Assembly (NCBI GenBank): GCA_041397845.1
Contig: JAWKVW010000006.1
Span: 6,061-70,060, forward strand
DNA from: Hyphomicrobiales bacterium
GTDB lineage: Bacteria; Pseudomonadota; Alphaproteobacteria; Rhizobiales; JAKPQE01
Direction: 5' to 3'
DNA: 64,000 nt
Under the pieces are notes generated by a model. The model had not been told where the DNA came from, made no database searches, and worked only from the letters and a program-made list of their open reading frames with translations. Within the stretch, counting starts at the first letter, position 1, and every line of letters begins with the position of its first letter. A program made the translations under genes and the position numbers. Shown here in pieces: positions 43,201 through 50,398 of this stretch.

Positions 43201-43736
43201 GTGCCGAAGAGAACGGCGAAGGCGGCCATCGACAGGGCGACGACGAGGGCGATATCGCCGATCGGCGAGGAACCGGCCGCCGGGGTCTGGCCGAGGCTCG
43301 TTGCCAGCGACGAGGACACCGCCTTCAATTGCAGGGCGATGTAGGGAACGGTACCAACCACCGCGATGATCGTCGCGACGGCGGCGACCCATTCGTTCTT
43401 GCCGTAGCGCGAGCCGAGAAAGTCGGCGATCGAGGTGATCTTCTCGGCCTTGGCGAGGCGCACGATGCGGCGCAGGATCGGATAGCCGAGGCCGAACAGG
43501 ATCAGCGGACCGACATAGATGGTGAGGAAATCGAGGCCGCTCTTGGCGGCAAAGCCGACCGAGCCGAAGAAGGTCCAGGAGGTGCAATAGACGCCGAGCG
43601 AAAGGGCGTAGATCAGCGGCCGGCCGCGGCCGATCTTGCGGCGGCGCGCGGCAAGACGATCGCCGAAGCTGGCGACCGCGAACAGAAAGCCGATATAGGC
43701 AAGGGCGGAGGCAATGATGACCCAGCCTGGCAGCAT
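40227..43736 (-). CDS. Hybrid sensor histidine kinase with an N-terminal sodium/solute-symporter (SLC5) domain, PAS, HisKA, HATPase and a C-terminal receiver (CbrA/CrbS-like architecture)
   Basis: ATG at 43734-43736 gives MLPGWVIIASALAYIGFLFAV..., with about 13 TM segments over 500 aa. A PAS-like region follows (QGICVFDRDLRLICWNRHFRDMLGLP), then H-box FLAAAGHDILQPLNAA, HATPase LQNLVSNAIKYT...DTGLGI...GLGLGLSIV, and receiver VLCIDNE...VLVDYHLDEGTG...NKPLKP. Only the first 1169 codons of track ORF 40227..46778 are used. Confidence 0.85.
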   Translation of the reverse strand: MLPGWVIIASALAYIGFLFAVASFGDRLAARRRKIGRGRPLIYALSLGVYCTSWTFFGSVGFAAKSGLDFLTIYVGPLILFGLGYPILRRIVRLAKAEKITSIADFLGSRYGKNEWVAAVATIIAVVGTVPYIALQLKAVSSSLATSLGQTPAAGSSPIGDIALVVALSMAAFAVLFGTRHIDATEHQEGLMLAIAAESVVKLVAFLAVGFYVVYGIFDGPQQLFAIADEAGITADLLGRDLSGGTWITMTLLSLFAGLLLPRQFHVTVVENNAPNELRRAAWLFPVYLVAINLFVIPVSVAGLVHFGGAVDADTFVLRLPMAAGNGLVSLAAFIGGLSAATAMVIVATVALAIMISNDLVMPLVLRRGTRERDDASDMGTLLLNIRRLSIFVILLLAYAYYRLAGNTAALASIGLLSFAAIAQFAPAFVGGLIWRRATARGAIAGMSVGFAVWAYTLLLPNFAASGIVPESIIHDGPFGIGLLKPQALLSFAFDPLTHGVFWSLTFNVLAFVVVSLARMPEPIERLQANLFVPAEFTQAPALRLFRTTTTVGDLRSTVARYLGEERTERSFNSFAEARSLSLEPHREVDAHLLRYSEQLLASAIGAASSRLVLSLLLKRSDASTKGALKLLDDASAAIQYNRDLLQTALDQVRQGICVFDRDLRLICWNRHFRDMLGLPTEFGQVGISLHTILRFNAERGELGPGDPDAIVADRIDRFVVSMQTFQERMHSTGVVLEVRPNAMPGGGIVATYTDITDRVAAADALERAKETLEVRVRDRTEELTRLNQELARAKSIADEANIGKTRFLAAAGHDILQPLNAARLYVTSLVERHSGDEDRRLIQNVDASLEAVEEIIGAVLDISRLDAGALKPEIGTFRLDEILNQLAVEYAPLAKEKKLDLVIVPSGLTVRSDRRLLRRLLQNLVSNAIKYTASGRVLVGCRRRRGKVRVDVFDTGLGIPLAKQKVIFKEFQRLEAGARAARGLGLGLSIVERISRVLDHPVTLTSTPGRGSKFSVEIPLAESQISARTEPTAMPTPATQLAGMTVLCIDNEARILDGMEALLSGWGCTVLKAGSTREALKQLRDRGGSPDVVLVDYHLDEGTGLETVSSLRSRFGAGLPAVLITADRSPSVRDAARDRNIGVLNKPLKPAALRAVLAQWRVQRPAAE

Positions 43737-43913
43737 CCGCTTTCGCCCTTTCCCGACGCTTGCGGCCGGCGCCGTCTCCTCTCGAAGCGGGCGCCATGCA
43801 GGTGACAATGGTCGGAAATCCGAGCATATAAGCGCCGCAAAGTCCACCTGAAGGACATGGGCAGGGATCGGGCAAGGGGCGATGCGAGGCGCCCGGACGA
43901 GGCGGAGCGCAAG

Positions 43914-44546
43914 ATGGGCCTTTTCGACCGCTTCCGGCGCCGCTCGCGGATCGCGGACATCGCGGCGCTTGGCGATTTTCTCGACAGCCGCGCGGCGTTT
44001 CTCGTGCAGAAATGCGTTTTCGAATATTCCCGCGCCCGGGCCGGCATCCTCTGGCAGAAACTCTTCAAGGAAGAGGCGTTCGTTGCCGCGGTCGATGCGG
44101 CGCGCTGGCGCAACTATCCGCTCGGCGTCGCCCATGTCGGCCGGATGGTCGAGGCAAGCCTTCGCCCGCCGGACGAGGCCGAGGCGGGCCGCGTTGCCGC
44201 CGCCATCGCCATTGTCGCCCGGTCGGTCATCGATCGGCATGGTGTGCCGGCAGCGCTGGCCGAGGCCGAATGGCTCGGTGCCAGGGAAGACGCAGTCGGG
44301 CGAATTGCGGCGGCAGCGCTCGCGGCAAGGCCGGCCGTCAAGGACATCCCGCTCGATACGGCGCAGCGGTTCTTCGACCAGTTGCCGATCCATCCAAGCC
44401 TGCGTGGCGAGGACTTCGAACTCGTCAGCAACAACCTGCGGTCCAATCTCTGCCAGATCCACGAGGATTTCTCGGCGAGAGCGGACGGGCGGGCGCTTCT
44501 TGCCGCCCTCCTTGCCGGGAGCGGCGGCCCGGCGGACAGGCCCTGA
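43914..44546 (+). CDS. Conserved hypothetical protein
   Basis: MGLFDRFRRRSRIADIAALGDFLDSRAAFLVQKCVFEYSRARAGILWQKLF... 210 aa, no recognised motif. ATG at 43914 lies within ORF 43857..44546. Confidence 0.5.
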   Translation: MGLFDRFRRRSRIADIAALGDFLDSRAAFLVQKCVFEYSRARAGILWQKLFKEEAFVAAVDAARWRNYPLGVAHVGRMVEASLRPPDEAEAGRVAAAIAIVARSVIDRHGVPAALAEAEWLGAREDAVGRIAAAALAARPAVKDIPLDTAQRFFDQLPIHPSLRGEDFELVSNNLRSNLCQIHEDFSARADGRALLAALLAGSGGPADRP

Positions 44547-44675
44547 GCGAGGCGGGACGCACGGCAGGGCTTGATTTGGCGGGCGCGATGCAGTTCCAAT
44601 CGCAATAACAAAAATGGCGGGGGATCGCCCGAAACGGGCGGCGGGCGGCCTCGTCAATCCCGGGGGGAGGGACAC

Positions 44676-46817
44676 TTGATTCATACCGCCAGCGGCACCA
44701 CGCCGCTCATCGCCATTGATGCCGTCGTGCTCGACACGGAAACGACCGGCCTCGACACCAACAAGGCCCGTCTCGTGCAGATCGGCGCCGTCCGGCTGCG
44801 CAACGGCATCATCGCGACCGACGAGACGTTCGACACGCTGATTGATCCCGGCATTCCGATTCCGCCGGCAACGACGGCGATCCACCACATCGACGATGCC
44901 ATGGTGGTCGGGGCGCCGACCTTTCCGGACGTGCGCGAGAAGCTGCGCGAATTCATCGGCAGCTCGATCGTCATCGGCCACTCGATCGGCTTCGACCTGG
45001 CGATGCTGCGGCGGGAATGCAAGCTGGCAACGCTGATGTTCGCGGTGCCCCGCACGCTCGATACGCGCCTCCTTGCACAAATCGCCAACCCGAAGCTGCC
45101 GGACTTCTCGATGGAGATGATCGGCAAGTGGCTCGGCGTCGAGCTCTCCGACCGGCACACGGCGCTCGGCGATGCGATCGCGACAGCGAAACTGTTCCAG
45201 GCGCTCATTCCGAAGCTGCGCGAGGGCGGCATCCGCACCGTCGCCGAGGCCGAGAAAGCCTGCCGCCAGCTCACCGAAGTGCTTGAGGAGCACCAGCGTG
45301 CCGGCTGGATGGAACCGGTCGCGCCGCCGAGCCGGGCCGATGCCGAGCGTACCCTCGCCCGGCTCGACAGCTATCCCTACCGGCACCGGGTGCGCGACGT
45401 GATGAGCCGGACGCCAGCGATCATCGCGGCCGGCACGAGCCTCAACGATGCCATGCAGCAGATGGTCGAGCGGCGGATCTCCTCGGTCTTTGCCTGCGAG
45501 CGGATGCCGGCCGAGGGCGCGGCGCCGGAAGCGGGGAAAACCGGCATCATCACCGAGCGCGATGTCCTCAGGGCGATCGCCCTCAACGGCCCCGGCGCCC
45601 TCGTGCGGCCGGTCGGCGACTTCATGTCGAAGCCGCTCGCGGCCATCCCGGAAGAGGCGTTCATCTACCGCGCCGTCGGCCGCATGAGCCGGCTCAAGGT
45701 GCGCCATCTCGGCGTCACCAACGAGCGCGGCGAACTGGTCGGGGCGCTGTCGGCGCGCGACCTGCTGCGCCTTCGGGCCAGCGAGGCGATTTCGCTCGGC
45801 GACGAAATCGACGAGGCGGCCTCGGTACCGGAGCTTGGCGCTGCCTGGGCCAAGCTGCCGATGGTGGCGCGCAGCCTCGTCGAGGAAGACGTCGGCGCGC
45901 GCGAGGTCGCGGCCGTCATCAGCCGGGAAATCGGCGCCCTCGTGCGCAAGGCCGCGACGATGGCCGAGGCGCGGATGGAAACGTGTGGCCAGGGCCTGCC
46001 GCCGGTGCCCTATGCGCTGCTGGTGCTCGGCTCTGCCGGGCGCGGGGAAAGCCTCCTTTCCGCCGACCAGGACACGGCCATCGTCTATGAAAGCGGCGTG
46101 CCGGACGGGCCAGAGGACAGGTGGTTCGCGACCTTCTCGGCCCATGTCGGCGACATCCTGAACGAGGTCGGCCTGCCCTATTGCCGTGGCGGCGTGATGG
46201 CGCGAAACGCGGAATGGCGCGGCAGCCTTCAGACCTGGATGGAGCGGATCGACGGCTGGGTGCGGCGGTCGCGGCCGGAAGACCTGCTCTCCGTCGACAT
46301 CTTCTTCGATCTCCGGGTCGTCCACGGCGATGCCGGCCTTGGCCACAAGCTGCTGACGGAGGCCTATGGACGCGGCCACCGGGCGGCCGGCTTTGCCAAG
46401 CTGCTGGCGGAGATCGGCGACGCCTACCGGCCGCCGGTCAATTTCCTCGGCGGCTTCAAGACCGAGTTCGGCCGGCTCGACCTGAAGAAGGGCGGGCTCT
46501 TTCCCGTGGTCTCGGCGGCGCGGGTGCTGGCGATCCGGCACAATGTCGTGCGCCGGGCGACGAAGGACCGGCTCGATGCGCTGCGCAGCATGAACATCGG
46601 CGGCGAGACCGACCTTGCCCGGCTCAACGCCGCGCACGAGCTGGTGCTGCGGCTCATCCTGCGCCAGCAGGTTGCCGACAGCGTCGAGGGCCATCCGCTG
46701 TCCAGCTCGGTCCGGGTCCGGGATCTCGACCGCGTCGAGGCGGACGAACTGAAGGCAGCACTCACCGCGCTCGGCCATGCGATGGAGCTGGTTCGCGACC
46801 TCCTGTTCGCGCGATAG
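44676..46817 (+). CDS. Fusion protein: DEDDh 3'-5' exonuclease (DnaQ-like), CBS pair, DUF294 nucleotidyltransferase and DUF294_C
   Basis: Exo I AVVLDTETTGLD, Exo II IGHSIGFDLAML, Exo III HTALGDAIATAKL. Two CBS-like repeats (VRDVMSRTPAIIAAGTSLNDAMQQM...; VGDFMSKPLAAIPEEAFIYRAVGRM...HLGVT). Pol-beta NTase signature LGSAGRGESLLSADQDTAIVY. TTG start (44676) after GGAGGG; an alternative ATG lies at 44571. Confidence 0.8.
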   Translation: MIHTASGTTPLIAIDAVVLDTETTGLDTNKARLVQIGAVRLRNGIIATDETFDTLIDPGIPIPPATTAIHHIDDAMVVGAPTFPDVREKLREFIGSSIVIGHSIGFDLAMLRRECKLATLMFAVPRTLDTRLLAQIANPKLPDFSMEMIGKWLGVELSDRHTALGDAIATAKLFQALIPKLREGGIRTVAEAEKACRQLTEVLEEHQRAGWMEPVAPPSRADAERTLARLDSYPYRHRVRDVMSRTPAIIAAGTSLNDAMQQMVERRISSVFACERMPAEGAAPEAGKTGIITERDVLRAIALNGPGALVRPVGDFMSKPLAAIPEEAFIYRAVGRMSRLKVRHLGVTNERGELVGALSARDLLRLRASEAISLGDEIDEAASVPELGAAWAKLPMVARSLVEEDVGAREVAAVISREIGALVRKAATMAEARMETCGQGLPPVPYALLVLGSAGRGESLLSADQDTAIVYESGVPDGPEDRWFATFSAHVGDILNEVGLPYCRGGVMARNAEWRGSLQTWMERIDGWVRRSRPEDLLSVDIFFDLRVVHGDAGLGHKLLTEAYGRGHRAAGFAKLLAEIGDAYRPPVNFLGGFKTEFGRLDLKKGGLFPVVSAARVLAIRHNVVRRATKDRLDALRSMNIGGETDLARLNAAHELVLRLILRQQVADSVEGHPLSSSVRVRDLDRVEADELKAALTALGHAMELVRDLLFAR

Positions 46818-46925
46818 GGAAATACCGCACGGCTATCCCGGCCATCGGATTTCCTGCTAGGGTGCCGCCGGGCCGGCCGGCGAGTCGCCGGCCGCAGCTT
46901 TGGAACAGGCGACCAGGAGCGTCAG

Positions 46926-47351
46926 ATGTTCAAGGAATTCAAGGAATTCGCCGTCAAGGGCAATGTCATCGACATGGCTGTCGGCATCATGATCGGCGCG
47001 GCTTTCGGCGCCGTGGTCTCGACGCTCGTCGACAACATCATCATGCCGCCGATCGGCCTCATCCTCGGCAATTTCGACTTCTCGGAACTGTTCATCACGC
47101 TGAAGCAGGGCATGCCGGAAGGACCCTATGCGACGGTCCAGGCGGCCAAGGATGCCGGCGCCGTCACCTGGAACATCGGCCTCTTCATCAATGCGGTGAT
47201 CAAGTTCGTCATCATCTCGTTTGCGCTCTTCCTCGTGGTCAAGGGCATCAACCGGCTGAAGCGCGAGGAAGAGGCCAAGCCGGCCGAGCCGCCGGCACCG
47301 CCGCGCAACGAGCAGCTTCTCGAGGAAATCCGGGATCTTCTCAAGAAATGA
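46926..47351 (+). CDS. mscL: Large-conductance mechanosensitive channel
   Basis: [44 protein letters not shown]... Confidence 0.95.
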   Translation: MFKEFKEFAVKGNVIDMAVGIMIGAAFGAVVSTLVDNIIMPPIGLILGNFDFSELFITLKQGMPEGPYATVQAAKDAGAVTWNIGLFINAVIKFVIISFALFLVVKGINRLKREEEAKPAEPPAPPRNEQLLEEIRDLLKK

Positions 47352-48544
47352 GCGACGCGGCACTTCTCGCCGCCCTTCGCCCCGAGGCGCGCAACGCGCC
47401 GGGCAGCGGCATCGTCGAGGTCATGTCGTACGGCTTCGGCCGCGACGGCATGATTCCGCTCTGGGCCGGCGAGGGCGACCTGCCGACACCGGAGTTCATC
47501 CGCAAGGCGGCGATGGACTCACTTGCCGCCGGCGAGACCTTCTACACCTATCAGGGCGGCCTGCCGGCGCTGCGCGAGGCGATCGCCGCCTATCACGGCC
47601 GCCTTTATGGCGGCACTTTCGATCCGACCGAGTTTCTCGTCACCGGCTCGGGCATGCAGTCGATCAAGCTGGCGCTGGAGCTTGTTGCCGGGGCCGGCGA
47701 CGATGTCGTCATCCCGAGCCCGGCCTGGCCGAACATCACGGCAGCGGTCGGCGTTTTCGGGGCGCGGCCGGTGGAAGTGCCGATGGTGCTCGGCAATGCC
47801 GGCTGGAAGCTCGACCTCGACCAGCTCTTTGCCGCTTGCGGCGCCAGGGCGAAAGCGATTTTCCTCAACTCGCCGTGCAATCCGACGGGCTGGACGGCGA
47901 CGCGCGAGGAGCTTGTCGCGATCCTCGACTTTGCCCGCCAGCGCGGCATCTGGATCATCGCCGACGAGATCTATGCCCGCTTTTCCTATGGCCGCGACCG
48001 GTCGCCATCGTTCCGCGACGTCGCCGTGGCGGACGACCGCATTCTCTACGTCAACACCTTCTCCAAGAACTGGGCGATGACCGGCTGGCGCGTCGGCTGG
48101 CTCGGCGCGCCGAAGGCACTGGCGCCGACGATCGAGAACCTCATCCAGTATTCGACCTCGGGCGTTGCGGTCTTCATGCAGCGGGCCGCGATCGCCGCGC
48201 TCGATCAAGGCGAAGCATTCATTGCCGAACAGGTGGCACGGGCAGCGACCGGGCGCGACATCGTCTGCTCGGCGCTCGAGGCGACGGGCCAGGTTCGGCT
48301 GCAGCGGCCGGACGGCGCGTTCTACCTGTTCTTTGCCATCGACGGGGAGCCGGACACGCGCAAGCTCGGGCTCAGGCTGGTCGATGAAGCCAATATCGGC
48401 CTGGCGCCGGGCACCGCCTTCGGGGCCGGCGGCGACGGCTACCTGCGGCTCTGCTTTGCCCGTTCCGCCGACAGCCTATCGCGCGCGACCGGGCGGCTCG
48501 TCGAATGGCTGGAGCGCCGGCCGAAGGGCGGGTCGGGCCGATGA
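47348..48544 (+). CDS. Class I/II pyridoxal-phosphate-dependent aminotransferase
   Basis: [11 protein letters not shown]...[15 protein letters not shown]...NSPCNPTGW...DEIYARF...[14 protein letters not shown] contains the PLP lysine; LRLCFA near the end. The ATG overlaps the mscL stop. Confidence 0.85.
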   Translation: MSDAALLAALRPEARNAPGSGIVEVMSYGFGRDGMIPLWAGEGDLPTPEFIRKAAMDSLAAGETFYTYQGGLPALREAIAAYHGRLYGGTFDPTEFLVTGSGMQSIKLALELVAGAGDDVVIPSPAWPNITAAVGVFGARPVEVPMVLGNAGWKLDLDQLFAACGARAKAIFLNSPCNPTGWTATREELVAILDFARQRGIWIIADEIYARFSYGRDRSPSFRDVAVADDRILYVNTFSKNWAMTGWRVGWLGAPKALAPTIENLIQYSTSGVAVFMQRAAIAALDQGEAFIAEQVARAATGRDIVCSALEATGQVRLQRPDGAFYLFFAIDGEPDTRKLGLRLVDEANIGLAPGTAFGAGGDGYLRLCFARSADSLSRATGRLVEWLERRPKGGSGR

Positions 48545-48626
48545 GCCGCGATCCGCAAGGCGACACAGGAGCGCCGGCACCGGACCCCCAGACACGCTCC
48601 CGGTCACGGGGCGGGGAGACCTGCCC

Positions 48627-49241
48627 GTGACCGGCGGCGACACAGTCTTCATCGTCGACAGCGACGCCGATGACCGCGAGACGCTCGGAGCGCTGTTCGC
48701 GGCGGCCGGGTTCACGGTCGCGGCATTCGATTGTGGCGAAGCCCTGTTCGCGGCCGGCAGGACGGCGGCAAGGAGCTGCGTCGTCCTCGACATCGCAACG
48801 GCAACCTGCGGAACACCGGGCCTTGAGACGCTCGGCCGGCTGGTTGCCGAGGATGTGGCACGCCCCGTCATCGTCATCTCCGGACAGGGCGACATCCCGA
48901 CGGCGGTCGCGGCGATCAAGGAAGGGGCGCGCGATTTCATCGAGAAACCGATCGACGGCGAGCGGCTCGTCGAGCTGGTGCGATCGGCGCTCGCCGATTG
49001 CGCGGGCGCGCCGGCGGACGAGACCTGTCCCGATTTTCCGGGCCGGGCGCTGCTGACGCCGCGCGAGCAGCAGGTGCTCGGCCAGATCACCGCCGGGCAT
49101 TCCAACAAGGAGGCCGGCCGGCGCCTCGGCATCTCGCCGCGCACGGTCGAGGTGCACCGTGCCCGGATCATGGAAAAGCTCGGCGCCAAGAATGCCGCCG
49201 ACCTCGTGCGCATCGCGCTGACCGGCGGCAAGGCCGGCTGA
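48627..49241 (+). CDS. FixJ/NarL-family response regulator (REC plus LuxR-type HTH), orphan
   Basis: GTG after GGGGAG. VFIVDSDADDRE...VVLDIATATCGTPGLE...VIVISGQGDIPTAVAAIKEGARDFIEKP is the receiver. LTPREQQVLGQITAGHSNKEAGRRLGISPRTVEVHRARIMEKLGA is the HTH. Confidence 0.8.
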   Translation: MTGGDTVFIVDSDADDRETLGALFAAAGFTVAAFDCGEALFAAGRTAARSCVVLDIATATCGTPGLETLGRLVAEDVARPVIVISGQGDIPTAVAAIKEGARDFIEKPIDGERLVELVRSALADCAGAPADETCPDFPGRALLTPREQQVLGQITAGHSNKEAGRRLGISPRTVEVHRARIMEKLGAKNAADLVRIALTGGKAG

Positions 49242-49294
49242 GGCAAATCCCGCGGAAGGCCGGAAGGCCGGCGCTCCGCCATCCGCGTCCGGCC

Positions 49295-49336
49295 TTGACG
49301 TGCGTCAACGCGCGACCGCGCGACTGCCCCTAATTT
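49295..49336 (+). promoter_or_regulatory. FixK/FNR-type box TTGA-N6-TCAA with a correctly spaced -10 (class II geometry)
   Basis: TTGACGTGCGTCAA at 49295-49308 is a perfect half-site palindrome. TAATTT at 49331-49336 puts the box centre about 41.5 nt upstream of a predicted start near 49343. Confidence 0.5.
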
Positions 49337-49648
49337 CAGCATCGGAATCGGAGTGCCCTCTCCGGTGCCATCCTTGGCTGCCGGCTCCCAGCGGCGGCTT
49401 TCGAATCGTTTCCCCGCGCCGATGGCGTGTGCGGCTGCCGACAGGCCGATCCGACGGAGCATGCTTCGGCGGCTATTCTTGTTTTTCCATACGTGTTTTT
49501 ACGTAAGTAGGTCCCCCAATGTCTCGACGCGGGACGTTTGGCTATGTTTTTTCACGGAAAAGCGCTTCCGGTCGCGTCGAACCACCGATTCCGGAATCGT
49601 CACTGCCCCAAAAATGGGCTAGAACGGTTCCTAAGAGGGCAAAAGACA

Positions 49649-50359
49649 ATGGCTTATCTCGACCGGCAGACGGCGACACAGGGCGACGGACTTAGCGAGT
49701 CGACACGCGGCGAGCGGGCATGGTCGGATTTCATGGCCTTGCCGCGCGTGAAGCGCCTGGCGCTCAGCGAACATGAAGCCGTGTTTTTCGAGGGCGACCG
49801 GGCCGACCGGTTGTTCGAAATCACCGACGGCGCGGTGATGCTCTACAAGCTGCTGCCGGACGGACGGCGGCAGGTGGTCGAGGTCCTGGGCAGCGGCGAC
49901 CTGCTCGGCCTGCAAGCCTCGCATCTTTACGACTGCTCGGCCGAGACGCTCATTCCCAGCCGGCTGCGGGCGATCGACCGGAACGACCTTGACACCTATC
50001 CGGAACTGCAAACCCATGTGAACCGCTGCCTGCTCGGGCAGTTGCAGACGATGCACGAGCACGCGGTGCTGCTCGGCCGCAAGTCGGCCTTCGAACGGGT
50101 GACGTCGTTCCTGATGCGCTTCGTGCCGAAGCGCGGTGCGATCGGCTGCGAGGGGCCGGTCAAGGGTTCGCCGGACGAGAAGGTCATCGTGCTGGCAATG
50201 ACCCGTCAGGAGATCGCCGACTATCTCGGCCTGACGATCGAGACGGTGTCGCGGGTGTTTTCCGACCTGCGCCGGCGCGGTCTCATCACCGCCGAAAAGC
50301 ATGATCGGGTGCGCATTCTCGACATCTGCGGCCTGTGCAAGCTGACCGGCACGCACTGA
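49649..50359 (+). CDS. Crp/Fnr-family transcriptional regulator (FixK-like; no N-terminal Cys cluster)
   Basis: cNMP-like beta-roll (VFFEGDRADRLFEITDGAVMLYKLLPDGRRQVVEVLGSGDLLG) and C-terminal HTH (MTRQEIADYLGLTIETVSRVFSDLRRRGLI). ATG after AAGAGGG. Confidence 0.8.
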   Translation: MAYLDRQTATQGDGLSESTRGERAWSDFMALPRVKRLALSEHEAVFFEGDRADRLFEITDGAVMLYKLLPDGRRQVVEVLGSGDLLGLQASHLYDCSAETLIPSRLRAIDRNDLDTYPELQTHVNRCLLGQLQTMHEHAVLLGRKSAFERVTSFLMRFVPKRGAIGCEGPVKGSPDEKVIVLAMTRQEIADYLGLTIETVSRVFSDLRRRGLITAEKHDRVRILDICGLCKLTGTH

Positions 50360-50398
50360 CGGCCGCGGCCGCCCGCCTTCCCGCTTTTACATTCCCGC

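Noticed and set aside
40734-43805. 1023-aa plus-strand ORF
   Set aside because: This is an antisense shadow of the kinase gene. Its composition (runs of G, R, D, E, A) shows no domain-like motifs, whereas the opposite strand carries clear TM, PAS, H-box and ATPase motifs.
40227-46778. 2183-aa minus-strand ORF, the longest in the track
   Set aside because: Only the part from ATG 43736 down to 40227 has protein-like content (the SLC5 hybrid kinase). Upstream of 43736 the frame is the stop-free antisense of two plus-strand genes in high-GC DNA, with Arg/Ala/Pro/Gly-rich nonsense translation.
49353-49622. 89-aa ORF in the leader of the FixK-like gene
   Set aside because: It has no RBS, odd composition (Cys/Phe/Arg-rich, AT-rich third positions) and no recognisable family. 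It is more likely untranslated leader.
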